Assembly: GCF_036365525.1 (NCBI RefSeq)
Contig: NC_090408.1
Span: forward strand, 39,132,124 to 39,196,123
Length of the DNA stretch: 64,000 bases
Source of the DNA: Heterodontus francisci
Taxonomy: Eukaryota
Direction: 5' to 3'
In this document: piece by piece, positions 25,763 through 38,524 of the stretch
Layout of the letters: each line of letters begins with the position of its first letter
Numbering within the stretch: position 1 is the first letter of the stretch
Translations under genes and position numbers: made by a program
The notes under the pieces: generated by a model
The model's database searches: none
What the model was told of the DNA's origin: nothing
The model's input: only the letters and a program-made list of their open reading frames with translations

Positions 25763-25975
25763 AAATACTCAGCAGGTCAGGCATCTGTGGAGAGAGAAGC
25801 ACAGTTAACATTTCAGGTCTGTGACCTTTGATCAGAACCATTCTGATGATAGGTTACAGATTTGAAACGTTAACTCTGATTCTCTCTCCACAGATACTGC
25901 CAGACCTGCTAAGTATTTCCAGTACTTTCTGTTTTTATTTCAGATTTCCAACATCCACAGTATTTTGCTTTTATT
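25763..25975. repeat. Palindromic Penelope-derived element with two opposed hammerhead-like cores
   Basis: The 25763-25838 arm is the reverse complement of 25841-25920. Plus strand CTGATGA(25843)...GAAACGTTAAC(25864). Ends ~20 nt from the IQCH donor at 25994. Confidence 0.8.
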
Positions 25976-25994
25976 GAAATCACAGTGTACATAC

Positions 25995-26186
25995 CCAAAT
26001 CCATTTCCTCTTCAGCCATGCTGTAGGACCAATTTGCCTAAATTCCTTTAGAATCTGCTGATAACATTTCAGGTGCGAGACATCAAAATACGCAGTACCT
26101 CTCCCACCAAATTCAACGTCCATTTTGAAGAGCCAAAGCTTAATTTCCAGGTTTTCAAGGATAAGCTGAATAAGGACTTCATGCAT
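25995..26186 (-). CDS. IQCH: IQCH exon (MHEVLIQLILENLEIKLWLFKMDVEFGGRGTAYFDV...KRKWIW)
   Basis: Acceptor TTTGTGCAG|, donor TGG|GTATGT, 192 nt, phase 0-0. WLFKMDxEFxGxGTA motif. Confidence 0.94.
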
Positions 26187-26284
26187 CTGCACAAATAGAG
26201 TTTTAACAGCATAAAGAACACATTAAGTTATTCTAAAGTGATTCTAAACACTTTTATGAGTGGCATGCTGACCATTTATATTTA

Positions 26285-27323
26285 TGTTACAAGCAGGTGA
26301 GGAGGGGTCTCAAGGCTCCCCTCTTGTCCTTCCTCTTGTTTGACTGCAACAGTTTTCTTTGAAACAGAGGATATGCTTACCACTTCAGTGAGTGTTTTAC
26401 CTTTTTGCCTTTGTTGTGATTATAAAAGAACCAATCAGACAAGTTTTCTTGAGTTTAAACAAGAAAGAGGTGAGTTTATTGTACTTGACCAAAAACCCGA
26501 TCTAAATAATAAAATTATGCTACATTTTTCCTCACTCACACAAGAATCACACACACCAACAAATTACAGAATGGAGAAGAATAGTAGTTGGGATAGAGTT
26601 TGGATCAATAAAAAGGAATATACAGTCTGTGGTGTCTGGTAACTTTAGTGGTCTTCCGGTTGAAGTCATGGTCTTGAAGTTCTGGGTCGATAGTTGTTCT
26701 TGGAGATAATTGAGCAGAGGGTTTCCTTCCCGGGGTCTTTGTCTTGGATCTTGTTGCTGGCAGCCAGGCTTCGCATGCTGTACACAAGGTCTTCTGGAGA
26801 GAAAGAGAGTGAGCCACACAACCCTTCTGGCTTCTGCACAGATTGAGTCTCTCTGAAGCTTGTCTGTCTTGTCCAAGGGAAACTCGTAGCTTTTACAGAG
26901 ATGGACAGTCACATGACTGTTTCAATGTACTCTCTGGTGCCTTCTAACGAGATTCAAGTTTAGGAATCTCAATCTCTCGCAGGCCTCATGCTGTCAATGT
27001 TTACTACTGGAGGGGTTCACCCTTTCAATGTAATGTCCCAGGATGGCTTTGAATGTCTTGCTAATGAAAGCAATCTAAGGTAGTTCAATCAATCGGTCAA
27101 GCCATTGTTTTGGGTGAAGGCTAATCAGACATGCATCTCCACTTTGATGCCTTGGAATGTGAAAGGTGTTCAAATGCAAATAGTGGCAGCCATTTGTAGC
27201 TGTGGCAAAATCAATGTAAAAGTTGAATATAATATTCCAGCTTTCCTTTTTTTTTTAAGTTTAATGTAGGTTTCCATTCGATGAATTCAAAATCCTCATT
27301 CAGCATATCACGTCTTCATGACA
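26285..27323 (-). mobile_element. Probable solo LTR (Gypsy-like), ~1.04 kb
   Basis: Termini TGTTAC...TGACA (TG..CA with a short inverted repeat); minus-strand AATAAA near 26475; non-coding and compositionally distinct. No clean TSD seen. Confidence 0.5.
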
Positions 27324-27779
27324 ATGACAAATATTGAATCACCATACTTTATGGGCAGAAACAGAATAGAATTTTATCACGTGTTGTAGTTATTAGATGA
27401 ACACGACAGATATCTTCACAGGCAAGGCAGACTGGATAACTCATGAGCGATAAATTTATAAGTTGTCATCAACGTTTCGTGTTTTATTAAGTAAAATGAA
27501 TTCCCACACGTCCTCTGAAGACTTTAATTTTTTTCCAACTCCTTCCCCATTCTATGGCTGAGTGGCATGATGGAACTAGCTACCAGATATTGTTAAGAAA
27601 GAAATGTCACATGGGGTTGCAATTCTGAGGTTATGGTTAAGGAAGAGTACAGGAAGTTTTACCCTACATCTAACCCTGCTATACCTAACCTGGGAATTTT
27701 CAATTCAAATAATAGGTGCTCAAAATGGGAAAGTATAAGATAGGTTCCATTGGTCAATTGTGACTGTAATGATTTTAAG

Positions 27780-28070
27780 ATGGGAAAAAAATGTAAATGA
27801 TCACAGAACTAAGGGAGTTATTCGAAGAAAATCCTTTAAACACAGTGTGGTTAGAATGTAGAATTCTCTGCTACCAACTGGCTGAAGTAGAGACGGTCAA
27901 TTCTTCTAAAAGGGAATGAGATAGTTGATGAAAAAAATGAGGCATATTAGAGTGTATGGGAACGAATAGGGGAGTGAGAATAGAAAAGTGGCTGGTGTGG
28001 AGAAAAACACTGACACAGACCTGATGGTATTGAATAGTTGGTTCGATACTGGAACATTCTATGTTTTTAA
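27780..28070 (+). mobile_element. Old CR1 3' fragment
   Basis: gtgtggttagaatgtagaattctct (RVVRMWNSL remnant) and decayed tail. Confidence 0.6.
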
Positions 28071-28122
28071 TAGAAAATGGGTCCTTCATAGACAGACAAA
28101 GGCAGAGAAAGAATTTAAGAGA

Positions 28123-29553
28123 CAGAATCACAGAATAATACAGTGCAGAAGAGGCCCTTCGGCCCATCGAGTCTGCACCGATGCATTAAAGATACCTGAC
28201 CTGTCTACCTAATCCCATTTGCCAGCACTTGGCCCATAGCCTTGAATGTTATGACATGCCAAGTGCTCATCCAGGTACTTTTTAAAGGATGTGAAGCAAC
28301 CCGCATCTACCACCCTCCCAGGCAGTGCATTCCAGACTGTCACCACCCTCTGGGTAAAAAATGTCTTCCTCAAATCCCCCTGAAACCTCCTGCCCCTCAC
28401 CTTAAACTTGTGTCCCCTCGTAACTGACCCTTCAACTAAGGGCAACAGCTGCTCCCTATCCACTCTGTCCATGCCCCTCATAATCTTGTACACCTCGATC
28501 AGGTCACCCCTCAGTCTTCTCTGCTCCAGTGAAAACAACCAAAGCCTATCCAACCTCTCTTCATAGCTGAAATGTTCCATCCCAGGCAACATCCTGGTGA
28601 ATCGCCTCTGCACCCCCTCCAGTGCAATCACATCCTTCCTATAATGTGGCGACCAGAATTGCACACAGTACTCCAGTTGTGGCCTTACCAAAGTTCTATG
28701 CAACTCTAACATGATTTCCCTGCTTTTGTAATCTATGCCTCGATTGATAAAGGCTAGTGTCCCATATGCCTTTTTCACCACCCTATTAACCTGCCCTTCT
28801 GCCTTCAGAGATCTATGGACAAACATGCCAAGGTCCCTTTGTTCCTCGGAACTTCCCAGTGTCAAGCTATTCATTGAATACTTCCGTGTCACATTACTCC
28901 TTCCAAAATGTATCACCTCACACTTTTCAGGGTTAAATTCCATCTGCCACTTTTCTGCCCATTTGATCATCCCGTCTATATCTTCCTGTAACCCAAGACA
29001 CTCAACCTCACTGTTAACCACTCGGCCAATCTTTGTGTCATCCACGAACTTACTGCTCCTACCCCCCACATAGTCATCTATGTCGTTTATATAAATGACA
29101 AACAATAGGGGACCCAGCACAGATTCCTGTGGTATGCCACTGGACATTGGCTTCCAATCACTAAAACAGCTGTCGGTCATCACTCTCTGTCTCCTACAGC
29201 TAAGTCAATTTTGAATCCACCTTATCAAGTTACCCTGTATCCCATGTGCATTTGCATTCTTGATAAGTCTCCCATGTGGGACCTTGTCAAAGGCTTTGCT
29301 GAAATCCATGTAAACTACATCAACTGCACTACCCTCATCTACACACCTGGTCACATGCTCAAAAAATTCAATCAAATTTGTTAGGCATGACCTCCCTCTG
29401 ACAGAGCCATGCTGACTATTCCTAATCAAATTTTGCCTCTACAAGTGGAGATAGATTCTCTCCTTCAGAATTTTCTCCAATAGTTTCCCTACCACTGACG
29501 TGAGACTCACTGGTCTATCGTTCCCTGGCTTATCTCTACAACCTTTCTTAAAT
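28123..29553 (-). mobile_element. CR1 LINE (RT to 3' end), relatively young
   Basis: 324-aa open frame 28209-29183 (GIPQESVLGP, KFVDDTK, LVRPQLEYCVQFWSP...GYGPSAGKWD) plus upstream SQHG..GRSCLTNL, YMDFSKAFDKVPH. Confidence 0.94.
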
Positions 29554-30035
29554 AGACATGCAGATATCCTAGAAAGGAAGACATACAAAAAGCAAGAAAG
29601 GCAGAAAGTGTGAAATGCATTCTGAGAGTAAAATATTACTTAGAATTTACAGCATAGAAACAGGTCACTCAGCCCAACTAGTCTATGCTCTACATGAGTC
29701 TCCTCCCACCCCTCTTCATCTGATCCTATCAGCATAATTTTCTAAGCCTTTCTTCATCATGTGCTTAGTTAGCATTCGCTTAAATGCAACTATGCTATTT
29801 GTCTCAACTGCTCCATGTAGAAACAAATTCCAGATTCTTGCCCTCTTTAGGTAAAGACATTTTAAGTAGATGAGACAGACAAGCAAAGACACAAAGTGAA
29901 AGGCTATCAGAAAGAGAATTGTTGATAAATACAGATAGAGATGACAAGAGAAAGTGTGTGAGGCATACAGAGAGAGAGGGAAAAGATAGAGACAGATGAA
30001 TGAGACAAAAACTGACAAGATTGTAAGAATTATTA

Positions 30036-33000
30036 CATATAGCATTACATAGGACAGCACAGAAACAGGCCATTCGACCCAACGAGCCTGCGCCGACCAT
30101 CGAGCACCCGTCCTAATTAATCCCATTTCCCCGCACTTGGCCCGTAGCCTTGTATGTTATGGCATTTCTAGTGTTCATCTAAATACTTCTTGAATGTCGT
30201 GAGTGTTCCTGCCTCTACCACCTCTTCAGGCAGTGTGTTCCAGATTCCAACCACCCTCTGGGTGAAAAAATTTCTCCTCAACTCCCCTCTAAACCTTCTG
30301 CCCCTTAACCTTAAATCTATGCCCCTAGTTATTGACCATTCTGCTAAGGGAAAAAGTTTCTTCCTATCTATCCTATCAATGCTCCTCATAATTTTGTAGA
30401 CCTCAATCAGGTCCCCCCTCACCCTTCTCTGCTCCAAGGAAAACAACCCCAGCCTATCCAGTCTGTCTTCATAACTGAAATGCTCCAGCCCAGGCAACAT
30501 CCTGGAGAATCTCTTCGGCACCCTCACCATTGCAATCACATCCTTCCTATAGTGTGGTGACCAGAACTGTACACAGTACTCCAGCTGTGGCCTAACCAGC
30601 GTTTTATACAGCTGCATCATAACCTCCTTACTCTTATATTCTATGCCTGGGCTAATAAAGGCAAGTATCCCAAATGCCTTCTTAACCACCTTATCTACCT
30701 CTGCTGCTGTCTTCAGTGATCTATGGACAAGCACACCAAGGTCCCTCTGACCCTCTGTACTCCCGAGGGTCCTACCATCCACTGTATATTCCATTGCCTT
30801 GTTAGACCTCCCAAAGTGCATCACCTCACACTTCTCAGGATTAAACTCCATTTGCCACTGCTCCGCCCATCTTACCAGCCCATCTATGTCGTCCTGTAGT
30901 CTAAGGCTTTCTTCCTCACTATTTACGACACCACCAATTTTCGTGTCTGCGAACTTACTGATCATACCTCCTATATTCACGTCTAAATCATTAATGTACA
31001 CTACAAACAGTAAGGGTCCCAGCACTGATCCCTACGGTACCCCACTAGTCACAGGCCTCCATTCACAAAGACAACCCTCTACCATCACCCACTGCCTCCT
31101 TCCACTAAGCCAATTTTGAATCCAATTTGCCAAATTACCCTGGATCCCATGGGCTTTTACTTTCTTAACCAATCTCCCATCCGGGACCTTATCAAAAGCC
31201 TTACTGAAGTCCATGTAGACTACATCAACTGCTTTACCCTCACCTACACATCTAGTCACTGCCTTGAAAAATTAAATCAAATTTGTTAGACACGATCTCC
31301 CCCTGACAAAGCCATGCTGACTATCCCTGATTAATCCCTGCCTCTCCAAGTGGAGATTAATCCTGTCTCTCAGAATTTTTTCCAAACATTTCCCTACCAC
31401 TGATGTTAGACTCACCGGCCTGTAATTACCTGGTTTATCCCTGCTACCCTCTTGAATAATGGTACCACATTCACTGTCCTCCAGTCCCCTGGTACCTCTC
31501 CTGTGGCCAGAGAGCCCCCGCTATCTCCTCCCTTGCCTCACATAGCAACCTGGGATACATCTCATCTGGGCCTGGGGATTTATCCACCTTTAAGCCTGCT
31601 AATACAGCCAATACCTCCTAATTTGATCAAGTATATCATAATCCCCCTCCCTGATCACCACACCTACATCATCCATCTCCATAGAGAACACAGATGAAAA
31701 GTAATCGTTCAAAACCTCCCCTATGTCCTCCGGCTCCACACACAGATTGCCTCTATGATCCCTAATGGGCCCCATTTTTTCCTTGGTTATCCTCTTGCCC
31801 CTAACATACTTATAAAATGCCTTGGGATTTTCCTTTATCTTGTTTGCCAGTGGATTTTTCATGCCCCCTCTTCGCTCTCCTAAATACTTCTTAAAGTACT
31901 CCCCTACACTTTCTATACTCCTCTAGGGCCTCCGCTGTTTTCAGCACTCTGAATCTTCCACACGCCTCCTTTTTTTTCCTTATCCAATCTTCTATATCCC
32001 TTGACATCCAGGGTTCCCTTGACCTGTTGGTCCTACTCTTCACCTGTACAGGAACATGCTGCACCTGAACCCTCACAATTTCCCCTCTAAATGACTCTCA
32101 CTGGTCTGATGTAGACTTTCCTATAAGAAGCTGCTCCCAGTTCACTTTGGCCAGATCCTGTTTTATCATATTGAAATCTGCCTTCCCCCAATTCAGTACT
32201 TTTATTTCTGGTCCCTCTATGTCCTTTTCCATAACAACCTTAAATCTTAGAGTTATGGTCACTATCCCTGAAATGCTCCCCCATTGCCACTTCTACCATT
32301 TGTCCGGCTTCATTCCCTAGGATTAGGTCCAGTACTGCCCCTCCTCTTGTAGGACTCTTTACATGCCGACTCAAAAAGCTCTCCTGAATGCACTTGACGA
32401 ATTCCACCCCCTTCAAGCTTTTTGCAGTAATACTATCCCCTCTAATATAGAGGAAGTTGAAATCCCCTACTATTATTACCCTATTATTTTTGCACCTCTC
32501 TGAGATTTGCCGACATATCTGCTCCTCTACTACTGCCTGACTGTTTGGAGGCCTGTAGTACACACCCAGCCAAGTGATTGCCCCCTTTTTGTTTTTAAGT
32601 TCTACCCACATGGCCTCATTACAGGAACTTTCTAGGATATCATCCCTCCTTACTGCAGTGATTGACTCCTTAATCAACAGTGCAATGCCACCTCCTCTTT
32701 TACCCCTCCCCTATCACGTCTGAAGATTCTATACCCTGCCAGTCCTGCCCTTCCCTCAACCATGTCTCAGCAATAATATCATATTCCCATATGTTAATCA
32801 ACGCCCTCAATTCATCTGCCTTACTAGTAAGACTCCTTGCATTAAAATCGATACAATCCAGTCTTGCATTATTTGCCTGAGCCTTAACAGGTCTACATTT
32901 ATTCTGACCTCTGGACTGACTTAACTTCACATTTATATTTGATTGTACAACACCCCCTACTGTGCTTCCATTCTGTATCCCATCCCCCTGTCAAATTTGT

Positions 33001-34560
33001 TTAAACCCCCACCCCCCCACCCCACAACAGCACTAGCAAACCTCCCAGCAAGGATGATGGTCCCATTCTAGTTCAGGTGCAACCCGTCCATCTTGTACAG
33101 ATCCCACCTTCGCCAGAAACAGGCCCAGTGATTCAAGAATCTAAAGCCCTCCCTCCTGCACCATCTCCCCAACCATGCATTCATCTGCTCTAACCTCCTA
33201 TTCATATACTCACTAGCCCGTGGCACTGAAAGAAACCCAGAGATTACAACCTTTGAGGTCCTACTTTTTAATCTGCTGCCGAGCTCTGTAAATTCTTTTT
33301 GCAGGACCTCATCCCTCTTTTTATCTATGTCATTGGTACCAACGTGGACCATGACTTCCGGCTGTGTACCCTCACCCTCCAGAATACTTTGTTGCCGCAC
33401 AGTGATATCCAAGACCCTTGCACCAGGGAGGCAACATACCATCCTGGAATCACGTCTGCGACCACAGAAACGCCTATCTGTTCCTCTAACCATAGAATCC
33501 CCTATCACTATTGCCCTCTTGTCCCTTTTTCTCCATCCCAGCACAGCAGAGTCAGCCATGACATTCCGGTCATGACTCTAGGTGCATTCTCCAGAGGAAC
33601 TCTCTCTCTCATCGGTACTCAGAACTGAATACTGGTTAGAAAGTGGGATGTTCTCTGGGGACTCCTGCACTATCTACCCTGACTTCTTTGTCCGTCCGGC
33701 AGCCACCCAGTCATCGCCCCCCCCCCAACTGTGCTTGCCTAGGCACCGGCTTGACTACCTCCTGAAACGTGCCATCCATGTAGTCCTCCACCTCGCAGAT
33801 GTGCCACAGTGACTCCAGCCGCCGCTCGAGCTCTGAAACCTGAAGCTCAAGCTTCTGCAACTGGAGACACTTTCTCCAGACATGTTTGCCAAGGTCACAT
33901 GGCACGTCCACGACTTCCCACATTGCACAGGAGGTACATTCCACTTGGCCAAGATGCCCCGCCATTACTTATTTTTACAATGAAAAAAAGACTTGCTTGT
34001 GTAATATCTTACCAGCTATTTACAATCAACTTTTATCCCCTGTACCTTTGAGGCTGAGAAAGAAAAAGACCAACGAGTACCTTCCACCGCCCCCAGCCAA
34101 CGAAAATACCCACACTTAACTTACAGCCTCACTCCATGCAAACAGCACTAGTACCTATCTAGTATCTATCCTCGGGCTTTAATTTAAAAGGAACCTTTTT
34201 TTAAAACTCCAATCAATCACAGATATCCCCAGACAATAACAGCTGCCGCCCAACGACCAATCAGTGCACAGAATTTCAGTGATGTCATAGTTTTTTTTAC
34301 ACTAAATCCAAATAGGCTGCGTGCAGAAACAGTCAGAGAGTCCCCTGCCACAGTCCTCGACTTCAGGTTAGTGAAGGGCCTCGAGCCCCGCTCTTTCTTT
34401 TATAGGACTGATTCCACTCCCAACTCCTTCCAGTCCCCTTCCGCCGTCCCCGACTTCAGGTTAGTGAAGGGCCTCGAGCCTCGCTCTGTCTTTTATAGGT
34501 CTGATTCCACTCCCGACTCCTTCCAGTCCGCTGCCGCCGTCCCCGACTTCAGGTTAGTGT
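30036..34560 (-). mobile_element. Near full-length decayed CR1: 5' tandem monomers, ORF1 (zinc finger/coiled coil + SGNH esterase), ORF2 (APE endonuclease + RT)
   Basis: ORF1 CTSC..C/W-RKC + LQKLELQVSELERRL (33711-33965); GDS...HVGTND...DGLHLN (33068-33559). EN: FNARSL, AETWL, GVYYRPP, GDFN, LDLIL, SDH. RT 30168-31330. Confidence 0.95.
34340..34558. repeat. 93-bp tandem repeat (~2.3 units) at the CR1 5' end
   Basis: gacttcaggttagtg recurs at 34359, 34452 and 34545. Confidence 0.92.
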
Positions 34561-34564
34561 TAGT

Positions 34565-34810
34565 GTCCACATTATGTTCCTCCCAACCCTTCTCCCATCT
34601 TTCCTTATCTAAATCTATCATCGTAACCCTCTATTCCCTTCTCTCTCAGAAGATTACATCGTTTTTCCTTAAATGCGTCCATATTATTCGCTTCAACCAC
34701 TCTCTGTGGTACCGAGTTCCACATTCTCACCACTCTTTGGGTAAAGAAGTTTCTTCTGAATTCCCAATTGGATTTCTTGGTGAATATCCTATATTGATTG
34801 CCTCTAGTGG
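34565..34810 (-). mobile_element. CR1 3' fragment
   Basis: RRNFFTQRVVRMWNSVP frame (34605-34817). Confidence 0.8.
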
Positions 34811-37800
34811 GTGACAAGCAGAGTGGCAGCTAAAGAAACAAAGGAATAGAGAATTTGTTTGTGCCTGTGTGCAATACTATAGACAACCACCTGGTTCAAA
34901 AAAAGGTGCTCCAAAAAAATAAGTGCAGAGATACGTTTCACATCTGGTTTGAGCTACAGTATAGCAAGATTTCACATTAACAAAGACAGCAAATGTGCTC
35001 AGATACAATATGTAAATTAACCGAGTTAATAGACAAAAGATGTTTTACTCTGTACCAAAATCAGAAATGCTCCATTTTTCTCAGTTGAAATTTAAATGTG
35101 ATTTAAATGCAAGATTTTTTTAACATCTGTACGTCGAGGAAGTTCAACAGAATTCCATAGAGCCATAGAAAAGTTATGACACAGAAGGAGGCCATTCAGC
35201 CCATCGTGTCTGCGCCGGCTGAGAAAACTAGCCTCCCAATCTAATACCACCTTCCAGCACCTGGTCTGTAGGTTACAGCACATCAAGTGCATGTCCAGGT
35301 ACCTTTTAAAAGAGTTGTGGGTTTCGGCCTCCACAACTGGTCCGGGCAGTGTATTCCAGACATCCACTACCCTCTGGGTGAAAAAGATTTTGCTCAAGTC
35401 TCCTCTAATCCTTCTACCAATCACCTTAAATCTGTGCCCTGATTTGATTGACCTTTCCACTAGGGGACACAGGTCCTTCTTGTCCACTCTATCTAGGCCC
35501 CGCATAATTTTGTACACCTCAATTAAGTCACCCTTCAACCTCCTCTGTTCAAAGGAAAACAACCCTAGCCTATCCAATCTTTCCTCATAGCTGGCAACAT
35601 TCGTGTAAATTTCATCTGTACTCTCTCCAGAGCAATGATGTCCTTCCTGTAATGTGGTGGCCAGAAATATCCGCAATACTCCAGCTGTGGCCTAACCAGC
35701 ATTTTAAGCAGTTCCAGCATTACGTCCCTGCTTTTGTATTCTACAAGTCGGCCAATAAAGGAAAGTATTCCATATGCCTTCTTCACCACTTTATCTACCT
35801 GACCTACTCTATTCAGGGACCTGTGGACATGCACTCCAAGGTCTCTCACTTCTACCCCTCTCAATATCCTCCCGTTTATTGTGTATTCCCTTGCTTTGTT
35901 TGTCCTCCCCAAATGCATTATCTCACACTTCTCCGGATTGAATTCCATTTGCCACTTTTCTGCCCACTCAACCAAACCATTGATATCATTCCGGAGTCTA
36001 CAGCTATCCTCTTCACTATCAACTAAATGGCCAATTTTTGTGTCATCTGCAAATTTCCCAATCATGTCTCCCACATTTAAGTCCAAATCATTAATATATA
36101 CCACAAGCAGCAAGGGACCCAACACTGAAGCCCTGTGGAATGCACTGGAAACCGCTTCCATTCGCAAAAACATCCGTCAACCACTACCCTTTGTTTCCTG
36201 TCACTGAGCCAATTTTGGATCCAGCTTGTCACATTCCACTGTATCCCATGGGCTTTTATTTTTCTGACCAGTCTGCCCTGTGGGACCTTGTTAAATACCT
36301 TACTAAAATCCATGTAGACAACATCCACTGCACTCCCTCATCAATCCTCCTCGTTACTTCCTCAAAATATTCAATTAAATTAGTAAGATACGACCTTCCC
36401 TTAACAAATCCATGCCAACTATTCCTGATTAATCCGTGCCTTTCTAAATGGCAGTTTGTCCTATCTCTAAGAATTGATTCTAATAATTTGCCCACCACCA
36501 AGGTCAGACTGACCGGCCTATAATTATTTGGCCTATGCCTTGCCCCTTTTTTAAACAATGGTGCAACGTTCATAGACCTCCAATCCTCTGGTACCTTGTG
36601 AGGATTTGAAGATGCTCCTCAGAGCATCCGCTATTTCCTCTCTGGCTTCCTTTAACAACCTGGGATACAAACCATCCGGCCCTGGTGATTTATCCAATTT
36701 CAAGGATGTCAGACCCTCTAGTACTTCCTCTCTCATTATGCTTATCATATTTAATATTTCACACTCCTCCTCTTACTACAATGCCTGCATCATCCCTGTC
36801 CTTTGTGAAGACAGAGACAAAAAAATCATTAAGAACCCTGCCCACATCTTCTGCATCCATGCATAGGTTCCCTTGTACATCTCTCATAAGCCCTACCCTT
36901 TCCTTAGTTATTCTCTGGTTCTTAATGTACTAATAAAACATATTTGGGTCTTCCTTGATTTTACCTGCCAATAATTTTTCATGTCCTCTCATTGCTTTCC
37001 TAATTTCCTTTTTTACTTCACCTCTGCACTTTCTATATTCCTCTAGGCTTTCTAAAGTATTAAGTGTTTTGTGACTGGCATAAGCTTTCTTTTTCTGCTT
37101 TAACTTACCCTGTATGCTTCTAGATAACCCGGGGGCTCTAGATTTGGCAGTACCACCCTTTAGCTTGTCGGGACATGTCTACACTGTGCCTGTAGAATCT
37201 CGCTTTTGAATGCCTCGCACTGGTTTGCCACTGATTTTCCTTCAAATAGCTGTATCCAGTCTACTTTCGCCAGATCGCCTCTCAGCTTTGTAAAATTTGT
37301 CTTCCCCCAATTTAGAACTTTTACTCCTGTTTTATCTTTGTCCTTTTGCATGATTATGCTAAAACTTACTGTATTATGGTCACTAATTCCAAAATATGCA
37401 CTCACTGCTACTTCATCCACTTGTCTAGCTTCATTACCGAAGACTAAATCTAGAATTGTGCCCCCTCTCATTGGGCTTGTCACGTGCTGGCTAAAAAAGT
37501 TCTCTTGAATGCAGTTCAAAAATGTTGTGCCCTCTGTGCCCTTCACGCTGTTTGTGTCCCAGTTGATATAAGGCATGTTGAAATTCCCAACTACTATTGC
37601 CCTATTGTTTTTGCACTCAGAAATTTGCCTACATATTTGTTATTCTATCTCCCTCTCACTATTTGGGGGTCTACAGTACACTCCTAGCTGCCCCTTTTTT
37701 ATTTCTGAGCTCAACCCATATTGGTCTCATTTGATGATTCATTTAGCATATCTTCCCTCTTCATAGATGCCAATGATTCCTTAAACAATAATGCTACAAC

Positions 37801-38212
37801 TCGTTTTTCATCCCCCTCTCTATCCCGCCTGAAAACTCGATATCCAGAGATGTTTAAGCTGCCATTTTTGACCCTCTTTAAACCAAATTTCTATGATAGC
37901 AATGATATCATGTCACCATATGTCTATCTGTGCCCTCAGCTCATTGGCTTTATTTGCTATACTCCTTGCATTTAAATAAATACCTTTTAACACTGCCAAA
38001 TTCCTGTGCTGCACAATTTTTAACTTTTGCTTCTTCTGCCTTTCAGAGTGACTCACTAATTTTCTGCCTCCCGTTCCCTGCCCTGAATTTGTCCTATCTG
38101 AAATTGCCCTCAGGTTCCCATGCCCCTGCCAAACTAGTTTAAACCATCCTCAACAGCACTAGCAAACCTTCCTGCAAGGATATTCAGTCCTGTTCAGTTG
38201 TAGACCATTCAG

Positions 38213-38524
38213 TAAAGCCTGGCTCGGGTATAAAATTAAAACCCGCCCCGGACCCAACCCAACCACAGCCAGCTGGAACCTGACCCGAGCCCTTTAATCT
38301 TTTTTTGCTCCTGACCCGACCCGACACGAATCTCCTTCATCAGTTCCAGCAGCAGGCTATTCCTGCAGCTGGAGTTGTAGGGAATCATGGATAAGCCTGA
38401 TCCCGTGACTTCCCAGAAGCAGTGTCCAGCCCGAACGCTGGACTCGGAATTTTGACCCGACCTGACACGAACCTGACACATGTAGTCGGGTCTAGGCGGG
38501 TTCAGGTCGGGTAGCCAGGCTTTA
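38213..38524. mobile_element. hAT-type MITE (312 bp)
   Basis: TIRs taaagcctggct / agccaggcttta. Diverged 8-bp TSD ccattcag / ccatctgg, both derivable from CR1 ccgtccgg largely by CpG decay. Subterminal acccga repeats in both orientations. Confidence 0.82.

Noticed and set aside
26547-26912. 121-aa and overlapping ORFs as a nested gene
   Set aside because: They lie within the probable solo LTR and show no protein motifs.
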